Notes: generated from the letters alone by a model not told the origin. Positions 7,925 to 17,505 are shown, counted from the stretch's first letter. The stretch is DNA of 49,696 nucleotides from Polyangiales bacterium (GCA_045106895.1 JBGCFM010000088.1:1-49696); one strand, 5' to 3'. Numbers and translations are program-made.

Positions 7925-10258
7925 TTAGGCGTCCGTTGTTGGAGGCGTCGACTCACCGCCGCCGCCTTCGCCACCCTCACGCCGACGACGTCGACGCCGT
8001 GGGCGATCACCATCTTCACGAGGAGCATCGCTCGCTTCGCGACGAGGGGCACGATCTCGACCACCGTCGCGTCCGCCGCGACCGCGTCCGCCGTCGCGTC
8101 CGCCGCGTCCACCGTCGCGTCCGCCGCGTCCACCGTCACGTCCACCGCGCTCGCGGGGCTCGGGCTCCACGTAGCCTTCAGGCTTCTCGAGGAGAGGCTT
8201 GCGGCTGAGCTTCACGCGTCCTTCGCGGTCGATGTTCGAAACGACAACCTCAACCTCGTCGCCGAGGTTCATGATGTCTTCGACCTTGTCGACGAACTCG
8301 TAGGACATGTCCGTGATGTGAAGAAGGCCGTCCTTGCCGGGGGCGATCTCGATGAAGGCGCCGTATCGCTCAACGCGACGAACGGTGCCCTTGTACTTCG
8401 CGCCGACCTCGGGCGAAGTGGTGAGACCCTCGATGAAGGCGATGGCCTTCTTGACGGCTTCTGGATCGCTGCTCGAAATCGCAACGGTTCCGTCGTCGGA
8501 CACGTTGATGTTCGCGCCGGTCTGCTCGGTGATAGCCTTGATCATCTTGCCGCCGGGGCCGATGATGGTGCGGATCTGGTCGGGCTTGACCTTGATGGCC
8601 GTGATGCGAGGAGCGTACTTGCTCATCTCTTCACGAGGTGCTGCAAGGCACTTGTTCATCTCGCCGAGGATGTGAAGACGTCCGGCTCGCGCCTGCTCCA
8701 AAGCCTCTTCCATGATCGCGCGGCTAAGGCCGTCGATCTTGATGTCCATCTGGATGGCGGTGATGCCCTTCTCGGTACCACAGACCTTGAAGTCCATGTC
8801 GCCGAGGTGATCCTCGTCGCCGAGAATGTCTGTAAGGACGGCGTACTTGTCGCCTTCCTTGATAAGACCCATCGCAACACCAGCGACGGGCTTCATGAAG
8901 GGGACGCCGGCGTCCATCATCGCGAGGCTACCGCCACAGACCGAAGCCATGGAGGAGGAGCCGTTCGACTCGGTGATCTCCGACACGATTCGAATCGTGT
9001 AGGGGAAGTCTTCCTTGCTCGGAAGCAGACCTCGAAGGGAGCGCTCCGCGAGGTTTCCGTGACCGATTTCGCGGCGACCAGGACCGCGCATGAAGCGAGC
9101 CTCGCCCACGCAGTACGGAGGGAAGTTGTAGTGGAGCATGAAGTTCTTCCACACCGGCGCGAGAAGACCGTCGATCTTCTGCTCGTCCTGTGCGGTTCCA
9201 AGCGTCGCCGTGACGATGGCCTGAGTCTCACCACGCGTGAAGAGCGTGGAGCCGTGAACGCGGGGAAGAAGCCCAGCTTCGATGGCGATGGGGCGAACTG
9301 TCTTGAAGTCACGACCGTCCACGCGGCGCTTCTCGTCGAGAACCTGCGCGCGCATCGTGTTGTACTTGAGGTCGCCGAAAGCTTCGCTGATGTCGCTTTC
9401 CTGGCCTTCGAACTGCGCCGAGAGAGCCTTCTTGGCGGCCTTCTTGGCTTCGTCGAGGGCGCCGTAACGGGGGAACTTCTCCGCTTCGTTGCAGGCAGCC
9501 TTGATGGCGTCGAGGGAGTGCGCCTTGACGGCGACGTCGATGGCCGGGTCGCGCTGTGGGGGGTTGAACTCCCACTTTGGCTTGCCCGCGGCTTCTTGCA
9601 TCGCGTGCTGAAGCTCAAGGATCGCCTGAACGGACTCGTGTCCGAACATGATGGCTTCGATGAGGTCGGCTTCGGGGACTTCCTTGCCTTCGCCTTCCAC
9701 CATAACGATGGCGTCTTTGCTGGCGGCGATGAGGAGTTCGAGGTCGGACTCTTCAAGCTGCTGGTAGGTTGGGTTGGCGATGAGCTTGCCATCCACGCGA
9801 CCGACGCGGACGCCGGCGATGGGGCCCTCGAAGGGCGTCTGGCAGAGCATGAGAGCCGTCGAAGCGCCGCACATGGCGAGCACGTCTGCTGGGTTCTCGC
9901 CGTCCGCGCTCATGACCGTGGCGATGATCTGAATCTCGCCGCGCCATGCGCTTGGGAAGAGGGGTCGGCAAGGACGGTCGATGAGACGCGAGGTGAGGAC
10001 CTCGTGCTCACGAAGGCGGCCTTCGCGCTTGAAGAAACCACCGGGGATCTTGCCGGCAGCGTAGGTCTTCTCTTGGAAGTCGACGGTGAGCGGAAGGAAG
10101 CTCTGGCCGGGTCGGCCTTCCTTCGTGCCACAGACGGTCACAAGAACAACGGTCTCGCCGCAGGTCACAAGCACGGATCCACCGGCCTGCTTTGCGATAC
10201 GTCCCGTTTCGAGTGTGATGAGGCGTTCCCCCACCTTCACGGTTTCGCGAATAATCAT
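7925..10258 (-). CDS. pnp: Polyribonucleotide nucleotidyltransferase (PNPase)
   Basis: ETGRIAKQAGGSV, GKIPGGFFKREG, SNGSSSMAS, DHLGDMDFKV, plus KH and S1 domains. Start placed at ATG 10258 behind a GGAGA SD, not at ORF start 10441. Confidence 0.97.
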   Translation of the reverse strand: MIIRETVKVGERLITLETGRIAKQAGGSVLVTCGETVVLVTVCGTKEGRPGQSFLPLTVDFQEKTYAAGKIPGGFFKREGRLREHEVLTSRLIDRPCRPLFPSAWRGEIQIIATVMSADGENPADVLAMCGASTALMLCQTPFEGPIAGVRVGRVDGKLIANPTYQQLEESDLELLIAASKDAIVMVEGEGKEVPEADLIEAIMFGHESVQAILELQHAMQEAAGKPKWEFNPPQRDPAIDVAVKAHSLDAIKAACNEAEKFPRYGALDEAKKAAKKALSAQFEGQESDISEAFGDLKYNTMRAQVLDEKRRVDGRDFKTVRPIAIEAGLLPRVHGSTLFTRGETQAIVTATLGTAQDEQKIDGLLAPVWKNFMLHYNFPPYCVGEARFMRGPGRREIGHGNLAERSLRGLLPSKEDFPYTIRIVSEITESNGSSSMASVCGGSLAMMDAGVPFMKPVAGVAMGLIKEGDKYAVLTDILGDEDHLGDMDFKVCGTEKGITAIQMDIKIDGLSRAIMEEALEQARAGRLHILGEMNKCLAAPREEMSKYAPRITAIKVKPDQIRTIIGPGGKMIKAITEQTGANINVSDDGTVAISSSDPEAVKKAIAFIEGLTTSPEVGAKYKGTVRRVERYGAFIEIAPGKDGLLHITDMSYEFVDKVEDIMNLGDEVEVVVSNIDREGRVKLSRKPLLEKPEGYVEPEPRERGGRDGGRGGRDGGRGGRDGGRGRGGRDGGRDRAPRREASDAPREDGDRPRRRRRRREGGEGGGGESTPPTTDA
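8061..8148 (-). repeat. Imperfect 21-bp tandem repeat encoding (GGRDGGR)n in the PNPase tail
   Basis: About 4 copies of CCACCGTCGCGTCCGCCGCGT-like units. Confidence 0.85.
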
Positions 10259-10539
10259 TTTTACTACTTCTCCAACTGGCGGGCACTGACATCGGCCCGC
10301 CACACTTGTGCTCCGGCAAACGCGCACGTGATTGTGGGCGGGCCGAAGCGATTGGGTGCAGGCAGATTGCCTGCTGGGGTTGGCTTCCACTCCGTGCCGC
10401 GTGGCAAAGAGTCGGGCTCGGTCCCCGGTTCCATGGCTCAAGCGCGCTCACTCGAAAGAGGCGGCGCTGAAGTCATCGAATCGAAGAGCGAACGACCCGT
10501 CAGAAGCTGTGCGAACTCAAAAAGAACAAGGAAACTAAG

Positions 10540-10576
10540 AAACAAAGAAGGGCGACGAGTTTCCTCGTCGCCCTCT
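10540..10576 (-). terminator. Intrinsic terminator after rpsO
   Basis: Minus strand AGGGCGACGAG-GAAA-CTCGTCGCCCT followed by TCTTTGTTT. Confidence 0.85.
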
Positions 10577-10580
10577 TGAA

Positions 10581-10850
10581 CTACTTACGAATACCGAGCG
10601 CCGTGATGATCTTGCGGTAGCGCTCCACGTCGTTCTTTCGAACGTAGTCGAGGAGTCGGCGTCGCCGCGAAACCAACTTCAAGAGGCCACGACGTGAGTG
10701 GTGGTCCTTCTTGTGAGTCTTGAAGTGCTCGGTGAGGTAAATGATGCGCTCCGTGAGAAGTGCGATCTGAACCTCTGGGGAACCGGTGTCCCCGTCCTGC
10801 TGCTTGAAAACCTCGATAATCTCGGCTTTACGGTCTTGTGTCATTGCCAT
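10581..10850 (-). CDS. rpsO: 30S ribosomal protein S15
   Basis: [28 protein letters not shown]; 89 aa from ATG 10850 with AGGAG SD. Confidence 0.98.
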   Translation of the reverse strand: MAMTQDRKAEIIEVFKQQDGDTGSPEVQIALLTERIIYLTEHFKTHKKDHHSRRGLLKLVSRRRRLLDYVRKNDVERYRKIITALGIRK

Positions 10851-10913
10851 CTGGAATTCTCCTACTTGCGTCGGTTTCGGTGGCGGAAAACGACGTGCCT
10901 TTGAATGGCGCGG

Positions 10914-10942
10914 AGTATGGGCGGGACCTACATGGTGGTCAA
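10914..10942 (-). promoter_or_regulatory. Sigma70-type promoter of rpsO
   Basis: TTGACC (10942-10937) - 17 nt - CATACT (10919-10914). Confidence 0.7.
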
Positions 10943-11083
10943 GGCAGCGCGAAGAGATCCGCAAAAGAAGCACAAACGACTCACAGTCCGATCACAGACG
11001 CCAAACTTGGCGCACTTTGGGCAACTAGATAGCTAAAGCTGTAAACGCGGCGGAAGTCCGGATGACATTCGCAAAGCGCTCAC

Positions 11084-14000
11084 TCACCCGAGGGGAAGAG
11101 TCCAAGCCGGAAACCACAGCTGCGCCCACCTCTTGGGGCGACGCACCCCACGCTTCCTCAGCGCACCCTCTGCTTCATCGTCGCCCAGGAGCAAGCGCGC
11201 CGTCGCCGCGTGGGCGTACATCTCCGATGCGTCGAAGGCCTTCGCGGCCCGCGCGACGATGCTCTTCCACGAGCGATGAGAGAGCTTCGCGATGGAGGCC
11301 TCAAGAGAAAGCGCCAGCCCCTCGCTCCATGTGCCGGACTCTCCTTTGAGCGCGCGGACATGACGCAAAGCGCCTCGCTCGGCGGACGAGTCGCCCATCG
11401 CCCAAGCAGCGATGGCCGCTCGCGCGCTGACTTCGTGCATGAACACTCGAATCATAGGGAGACGGCTGAGCAGCGACTGCCGAAAAGGCCGCCAACCACC
11501 GCGGACGCGCGCCCACGCCGAGCGCGTCTTGCCTTCGTAGAGATCAAACTGCGTTTGCGCCCAGAGGTCGAAGAAATCCTGAAGCACGTAGCCCATGGAA
11601 CGAAACTCCGCGCGTGCTCCGCTCGCCTCTGCGCGCCCGAGTTGAGCGTCATCGCGCGCGATGGACGCAAGGGAAAGAAAGCCGCTGCGAAAGCTCGCTT
11701 GAGCGAAGAGATCGCGCCGCACCTCGGCGTCTGCGATCAACATGCCTCGACGCTCGTCGACGGCCCGGAAGTCGCCTTGAAACGTCGCCGCCGCCAGGCC
11801 GAGGAGTTGAACCGTGGATATCTCTTTCACCATGCCCGCCGAGGTACGGTCGAAGCGCTCTTCGGCGCGACGGGCCGCGTCCCGCGCAACTCGCCATTCA
11901 CCTTGGTGGAACGAAACCACGCAGCGAGCGCCAAGCGTAAGCGCCACCAGGTAGTCGCTCTTCTCATCCTCCGCGATGCGCGTGGCTGCTCGAATCAACG
12001 CATCGCAGCGCGGCGCGTTCTTGATTCCTTGGTTGCCCTGAAACGCCGCTTCATAGGCGAGCGCCCGGGCGACGCGCGTGGGCTCGCCGGCTCGAAGCGC
12101 GCGCAATAGGCCTTCCGACTGCAGCGCCGCGCCGCGCAGGCTGTCGACGGTGCTCAGACCGATGGCGCCAGACCAGCACAGGTCGATGCGCTGCAGTTCA
12201 TCGCGCTTCAAGTGGCTCGCGGGTCGACGACTGTACGCGAGCCCTCGCATGCGGAGTTTCGCTCGCGTCGTGGCGATGCGTGCAACGGCCTCAAGGGGGT
12301 GTCGCGGCAGACGAAGCTGCACCTGGCGAAGCGCGTCGTCGAGCGTGCGGATGCCTTCAACCATCTCACCGCTCCGCATCAGCTGCTCCGCTGCGCGCCG
12401 CAAGAGCTCCACATCTTCGAGCCCGTCCACCGCTCGGCAGCCCATTCCGAGCTTGTACGCAGCGGCCGCAGCGGCACCTTGGCCCTGGTGGCCACGCGCG
12501 TCCCCGAGTGCAGCATAGAGCGCGCGGCTCTGTGCCCCAGGTCGCGACACAACGCCCGCGTAGAGTTCCGCGGCTCGCCGCCAGGCGTAGCTCTTCGCGG
12601 CGACATCCGCGGCGCGCACCATCCACTCTGTGGCGTCCTCGTGTCCGGCGGCGTCGAGATGTCGCGCGATGGTCTCTGCCTCGCCGCCAGCGTCGATCCA
12701 GGTGCGCGCGATCTCCAAGTGGACGGCGCCGCGTTGCGTCTCCTCAATGTCTGCGACCACCGCCTCACGAATGCGGTCGTGATACGCCTCGAGCTGCGGT
12801 ACGCCTGCGCGGGTTCTCGCCATAAGCAAGAGGCCGGCGTTTCGTAGCTCGCGAACGGCGCGCTCCGCTCCCTCGCCGAGCATCTTGCTCCAAGCGTCCC
12901 GGGGGACTGGTTGTCCCGCAAGGCAGACGCTTCGAAGCAGACGTAGCGAAGTCGGTGGAAGCTGTTGCATCTGACGTTGGAGCGTGACGCCTAGCTCCGA
13001 GGCCGCGTCGTCTCGGGTCAACACCTCGACAAGAAGCGCGTTGCCTTGGGCGACGCTCGCTATTTGCTTAGCTCTTGTGCCTTCGTCTTCACCGAGCAAC
13101 GAGCGAGCGAGCGCAAAGGAGTGCTCGTGGCTGAGTGGACCAACCTCCACGGTATCCCCCGCGCGGACGAAGGCTTGCAGCCATGATTGCCGAACGATCT
13201 CGCGGCTTCGAATGAGCGCGATGAGTAGCATCGGGACGGGCGCTGGTCCTTCCGTCAGGAAATGCAACAGCTCTGCCCCCTCGACGTCGCCCCAGTGCAG
13301 GTCATCCGCCGCGACGAGAAGTGGCCCGCCGAGATCACGCGCCATCGTGCGTAGGATTTCACGCAGGGCAACGAAGGCGTTCCGCCGAAGAATGACGGGG
13401 TCTCGAACGGTGCGTGAAGTCGCCCCGCCGAATCCTTCGAGCACTGGAAAGAGAGTGACGAGGGCGTCGAAGTTCGCAGGCAGCGTCGAGCCCCTCCCGG
13501 AGCTACGAAGCCAAGCGGCGACTTGGTCGACCAGCGAATCCGCACCCGCGAAGGGTACAAACGCGCCTTCGTAGCAACGAGAGTGAAACACTCGGGAGGC
13601 GTCGATGTCCTCGAGGAAGCGCTGGAGGAGCGCGGTCTTTCCGCAACCAGGTTCGCCAACGATGGACACCACGCGAGCCCCCTCGTTGGCTAGACGCCAC
13701 TGCGCATGGAGAAACTCAAGCTGTGCCTCCCGGCCGACGAAGACCCGCTCTCCCGTCTGTGACGGCGAGTCTTCGGAGGGGGGCGGGCCCTCGTGGGAAC
13801 CCGGCGACGCGAACGCCTCAAGCAGCTCTGAAGCACCCGCGCGATGAGTGGGATCGCGCTCAAGCAGCGCCGCAACCAACTCCGCGTGGGGGCCAACCAG
13901 CCGTGGAGCGCCGTAGCGTTGTTTGCGGATGAGCACTTCGAGGGGGCGCCCCTCAAAAGGAGGCTTCGATTCGAGCGCCTCAAAGAGCATCACACCCACG

Positions 14001-14575
14001 GCATACCAATCGCTCGCTGCGCCAGCGGCTTCGCCCGCGAGCTGCTCCGGCGCCATGTAGCGAGGGCTTCCAGCAAGCGCCGGGGATGAGTGACCAAGCA
14101 TCGTGGCGAGGCCGAAGTCGACGACACGCACGCCGCCGTCAACGACGCGAACGTTCGCGGGCTTCAGGTCGCAGTGAACCTGGCCCACGTCATGCAGCGC
14201 CGACACCGCGGCTGTGAGTTCGCTGAACGCACGCGCGACGCGGTCCATGTCTAGGCCGGTGGGTCCACGGACCCACTCAAGCAGCGTGGGCCCCTCAAGT
14301 AGTTCCATGGTGACGAACCAAGGCTCGCTCTCTGTGTTCAGCTCCTCCACGTGAACGATGCCTTCGTGGTGAATTCGAGCAGCGCTCCGGAACTCTGTTT
14401 TCAAACTCAAACGAGAAGCACCGTCTAAGCGTTGAAGGATCTTTATTGCGACATCGCGATGCAGACGACGATCGAACGCGCGATAGACCGCGCCGAACAT
14501 CCCGTGCCCAAGCTCCTCGCCGAGCTCGTAGCGTTCAGCGAGGCAAGTCAGCTGACTCGCTCCCTCTTCGCTCAT
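11084..14575 (-). CDS. Ser/Thr protein kinase fused to STAND/AAA_16-type ATPase and helical (TPR-like) region
   Basis: GHGMFG, VAIK, HCDLKPANV, DFG, APE; then FVGREAQL, Walker A GEPGCGKT and Walker B LVAADDLHWGD. Confidence 0.88.
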   Translation of the reverse strand: MSEEGASQLTCLAERYELGEELGHGMFGAVYRAFDRRLHRDVAIKILQRLDGASRLSLKTEFRSAARIHHEGIVHVEELNTESEPWFVTMELLEGPTLLEWVRGPTGLDMDRVARAFSELTAAVSALHDVGQVHCDLKPANVRVVDGGVRVVDFGLATMLGHSSPALAGSPRYMAPEQLAGEAAGAASDWYAVGVMLFEALESKPPFEGRPLEVLIRKQRYGAPRLVGPHAELVAALLERDPTHRAGASELLEAFASPGSHEGPPPSEDSPSQTGERVFVGREAQLEFLHAQWRLANEGARVVSIVGEPGCGKTALLQRFLEDIDASRVFHSRCYEGAFVPFAGADSLVDQVAAWLRSSGRGSTLPANFDALVTLFPVLEGFGGATSRTVRDPVILRRNAFVALREILRTMARDLGGPLLVAADDLHWGDVEGAELLHFLTEGPAPVPMLLIALIRSREIVRQSWLQAFVRAGDTVEVGPLSHEHSFALARSLLGEDEGTRAKQIASVAQGNALLVEVLTRDDAASELGVTLQRQMQQLPPTSLRLLRSVCLAGQPVPRDAWSKMLGEGAERAVRELRNAGLLLMARTRAGVPQLEAYHDRIREAVVADIEETQRGAVHLEIARTWIDAGGEAETIARHLDAAGHEDATEWMVRAADVAAKSYAWRRAAELYAGVVSRPGAQSRALYAALGDARGHQGQGAAAAAAYKLGMGCRAVDGLEDVELLRRAAEQLMRSGEMVEGIRTLDDALRQVQLRLPRHPLEAVARIATTRAKLRMRGLAYSRRPASHLKRDELQRIDLCWSGAIGLSTVDSLRGAALQSEGLLRALRAGEPTRVARALAYEAAFQGNQGIKNAPRCDALIRAATRIAEDEKSDYLVALTLGARCVVSFHQGEWRVARDAARRAEERFDRTSAGMVKEISTVQLLGLAAATFQGDFRAVDERRGMLIADAEVRRDLFAQASFRSGFLSLASIARDDAQLGRAEASGARAEFRSMGYVLQDFFDLWAQTQFDLYEGKTRSAWARVRGGWRPFRQSLLSRLPMIRVFMHEVSARAAIAAWAMGDSSAERGALRHVRALKGESGTWSEGLALSLEASIAKLSHRSWKSIVARAAKAFDASEMYAHAATARLLLGDDEAEGALRKRGVRRPKRWAQLWFPAWTLPLG

Positions 14576-16074
14576 CGAGGACGACCGGGTTTACCGACGG
14601 GGCGCTCGATTCCGAGGCTATCGAGGCGACTGATGAGGCTCGTGCGCGGCAACCCGATGTCACGGGCCACGCGACTCAGATTGTAGCCATGGGCGACCAT
14701 CTTCGCGGCGAGAAAACGCCTTTCGTCCTCTTCGAGCTCCGCTTTGCGCGCGCGAAGTTGTTCGTAGCTGTCCGAAAGAAACTCCGGGTCACGGTCGGCA
14801 GCGTCGAGGTGTCTCTCGTGGAGCGATGCTTCTGGCCCCTCCGTCAACGCCAAGCGCATGCTTCGCCGTAAGAGGGAGAGAAGCTGCCTCAGATTTCCAG
14901 GCCACATCCTGGCTTCGTCGCAAAGCCAGCTTCGTGCGTCTTCGGCGATGCTCCAACTACGCGCTGGGTCCGTGCGGCTCAACATGCTCGCTGCGAGGGG
15001 AACGATTTCGTCCCGCCGATGACGCAACGACGGCAGCTGAATTCGAACGACCCCCGTGGCTTCGAAACTCTCAACGCTGGTCTCAAGCGCGAGCGTAGCG
15101 ATGACGCGTGCGTCGCTCTTGCGACTCTCTCCATTTGAGCCGCTCGGGCGAAACGTCTCGAAGCGTACGAAGTCGCTGAGGCGCTCTTGGACGGCAGAGT
15201 CATAGTCATGGAAGGACTCGAGGATTAAGCTCCCTCCGCGCGCCTGCTCGACCAGCCCGATGCGCTCGGTCTCCCCCTCGGCGGCGACACGTCCAAAGAG
15301 TTCGTCGGCAAGTTCACCCGGGGAACGGAACGCCAGCGGGAGCGCCCTGACGATGGGCCGCCTGGAGGATGCGCGGGCGATGGCCGTCGCGAGGGCCGTT
15401 CGCCCGGTCCCGTCGTCCCCCGCGACAATGAGCGGCAACCCATCACCGGCGGCCGTGAGTTCTTTTTGAATGGCCGCCATGGAAGGGGCGCTGAGAAGCT
15501 CCTCGAGTGTGAGACCTGCTTCATCGCTCCGGGCCTCGAGCAAATCCAAGCGAGCCGACTGCACCGCACGTTGACGGTCGAGAACGATAGAGATCGCGGC
15601 CCCAACCGATTCCAAGAGCGCGACGGCGTTGCCGTCGAGGGTCCACTGTGGACGGCGAAAGTCGATGTAGAGAGCGCCGACGACCACGTCACCGCCGACG
15701 GCGACGAGGGGAATCGCCGCGGCAGCCACGATGCCAAACGCCGCAAGGCTCTCTGTGGCGTGGGCGTCGTCGCCAAGCTCCCAGCTGACTTTTTCTTTCT
15801 GCGCGCGACACCGGCGGAGAAGCGTGTGACTGATCCGCTGGCGCTGCGCCGCGTCGAGGCCGCCTTCCGCAGAGCGCGCTTCCACGACAAAGTCCGCTCC
15901 GGCGGCGTGCGTGAGAACAAGGCAGCGGTCCGCGTCAAGCTGGTGAACAAGCGCGTCTAGACACTCGACGAGCCAGTCTTCGCGGTGGCTAACCTCCCGA
16001 AGACGCGCGATGAGACGCGTCAAGGTTCGCCAGGCGTCCGAGAGTTGAAGATCTGTGCTCAGCACATTGGGCAC
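14572..16074 (-). CDS. GAF + degenerate sigma54-activator AAA+ domain + Fis-type HTH regulator
   Basis: GAF-like N-terminus (GALYIDFR); GDDGTGRT, ELFG, ARGGSLILE, LPSLRHRRDEI, WPGNLRQL; C-terminal NLSRVARDIGLPRTSL. Confidence 0.85.
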   Translation of the reverse strand: MPNVLSTDLQLSDAWRTLTRLIARLREVSHREDWLVECLDALVHQLDADRCLVLTHAAGADFVVEARSAEGGLDAAQRQRISHTLLRRCRAQKEKVSWELGDDAHATESLAAFGIVAAAAIPLVAVGGDVVVGALYIDFRRPQWTLDGNAVALLESVGAAISIVLDRQRAVQSARLDLLEARSDEAGLTLEELLSAPSMAAIQKELTAAGDGLPLIVAGDDGTGRTALATAIARASSRRPIVRALPLAFRSPGELADELFGRVAAEGETERIGLVEQARGGSLILESFHDYDSAVQERLSDFVRFETFRPSGSNGESRKSDARVIATLALETSVESFEATGVVRIQLPSLRHRRDEIVPLAASMLSRTDPARSWSIAEDARSWLCDEARMWPGNLRQLLSLLRRSMRLALTEGPEASLHERHLDAADRDPEFLSDSYEQLRARKAELEEDERRFLAAKMVAHGYNLSRVARDIGLPRTSLISRLDSLGIERPVGKPGRPR

Positions 16075-16245
16075 GCCTCAGGCTAGATTCCCCTCCTCAA
16101 GGAGTCCAGTACGGCGCGCTATAACTGACGAAGGTTCGTCGTTTTTGTGAGCGCTCCGTTTGCGCAAACTGGCGTGAAGCCGTCATTTTTTCATCGCCGT
16201 GTCACCTCTACGCTGGCCCTTCAGCCACGACTGAAGGAGATAGCG

Positions 16246-17493
16246 ATGGAATCAACGAAGCACTTTTCGAGACACATATTTTGCTCTTACGCCGCCCTTG
16301 CCGCTGCGCTCCTTTTGACGTCACCCGCAAGCGCCGAGGTTCCAGAAGGAGTGTTCTACAGCGACCACGACGCTTACTTCAATCTCGAAAACACCCAATC
16401 CGGACGTGACGACACCGGATGGTACGTGGAAGCGCGCGCCAGGATGTACGGCGACAACATTCCCGCAGACAGCGGCTTCAAATACGTTCTCAAGCAAGGC
16501 CGGCGCACGCTCGCAACCTTCATGTGCGATGCTGACTTTCAGCAACGCCACCTCGGCACGACGCTCCTTGAAGGCCAACTCGGGGAGATGACAACAGACC
16601 GTTGCAACAGCCGAGACACCAAGCTCCAAGTCGTCGGAGACGTTCAAGCGGAGGTCTACTTCATCAACGGTGACGACGACAGCGAAACGCTCGTCCGGAC
16701 TCACACTCTCGGAGTTCGCAGCTTCGAGCGGGCCAACAACGCGCGCCAGTACTACATCGAGTTCAACGGCGGCTTGGTCTCGTCAGTGGTCCACGAGTGC
16801 GTTCAAGCGCGCAGGCCCGCGCTCTGTCTCTCCGGCGCAGCGCGCTCCCAAAGCTACGGATACGTCGGCGTGTTCATGTGGATCGCCGAAACACGTCACA
16901 ACGGACTCGCGCCTTCTGCCGGCCGCTGGGGCCAGGAGATGCAGATTCGTTGTTCCGTCGACGGGGAGCGCTTGCAAACGACGCGAAATGACCGCGGGGT
17001 CGATTCGACGAGGCGCGCCACACGGGTGATGGCTTCGACGGGACGTGGGCGTCAAGACGAGCGTGACCAATACCACTTCGAAGAGGTGCATCTTCGACTG
17101 CCCATTACTGTTGGTGAACCGTTTGACGGAATGGTGCGCCTCGAAGACCACCCAGGTCAGTGGCAGTGCGACATTCGGCAAGAGCGCCAGGTCATCCGCT
17201 CCGTTCGCTTTCAGGTTGCCGACGGCCACATCCTTCCGCATCCCGAGGAAGCCGCGGGCAACGTCCACCTTCACCCAAGCGGACATCTTGCCGACGTGGT
17301 GATCCCTGCGGACGCAGCGATGGAGACTCGTGTGTCCCCCGACGCGGGAGCACGTGGTCCCTTCTTTGGCGTTGGCTGGGCAACGGACGAGGGCCGCGCC
17401 ATCGGCACGGCCCTACCCACCATCGGCACGGCGCAGCTTGCGGGCCAGCCACGCGCACGACGGGCACGGCGAGGTCGCCGAGGCCGCCGCTAG
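16246..17493 (+). CDS. Secreted hypothetical protein with poly-Arg C-terminus
   Basis: AAGGAG SD before ATG 16246; signal peptide ending PASA-E; ends RARRARRGRRGRR. Confidence 0.75.
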   Translation: MESTKHFSRHIFCSYAALAAALLLTSPASAEVPEGVFYSDHDAYFNLENTQSGRDDTGWYVEARARMYGDNIPADSGFKYVLKQGRRTLATFMCDADFQQRHLGTTLLEGQLGEMTTDRCNSRDTKLQVVGDVQAEVYFINGDDDSETLVRTHTLGVRSFERANNARQYYIEFNGGLVSSVVHECVQARRPALCLSGAARSQSYGYVGVFMWIAETRHNGLAPSAGRWGQEMQIRCSVDGERLQTTRNDRGVDSTRRATRVMASTGRGRQDERDQYHFEEVHLRLPITVGEPFDGMVRLEDHPGQWQCDIRQERQVIRSVRFQVADGHILPHPEEAAGNVHLHPSGHLADVVIPADAAMETRVSPDAGARGPFFGVGWATDEGRAIGTALPTIGTAQLAGQPRARRARRGRRGRR

Positions 17494-17505
17494 CAGGTTG
17501 GGCAC

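Noticed and set aside
7921..8145. 74-aa ORF with DAADATV repeats
   Set aside because: Alternative reading frame of the PNPase tail repeat.
8061..8148. Tandem repeats here and at about 23105, 27550 and 34431 considered as a CRISPR array
   Set aside because: All are in-frame coding repeats without unique spacers, and there are no cas genes.
8318..10579. 753-aa plus-strand ORF opposite pnp
   Set aside because: Antisense shadow of a strongly codon-biased high-GC gene; no motifs or RBS.
10259..10973. N-terminal extensions of pnp (to 10441) and rpsO (to 10973) in the ORF track
   Set aside because: Internal ATGs have SDs and match family N-termini; the rpsO extension runs through its own promoter.
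17440..17493. Poly-Arg tail as a MYXO-CTERM sorting signal for the CPBP protease
   Set aside because: No preceding Cys motif or transmembrane helix.
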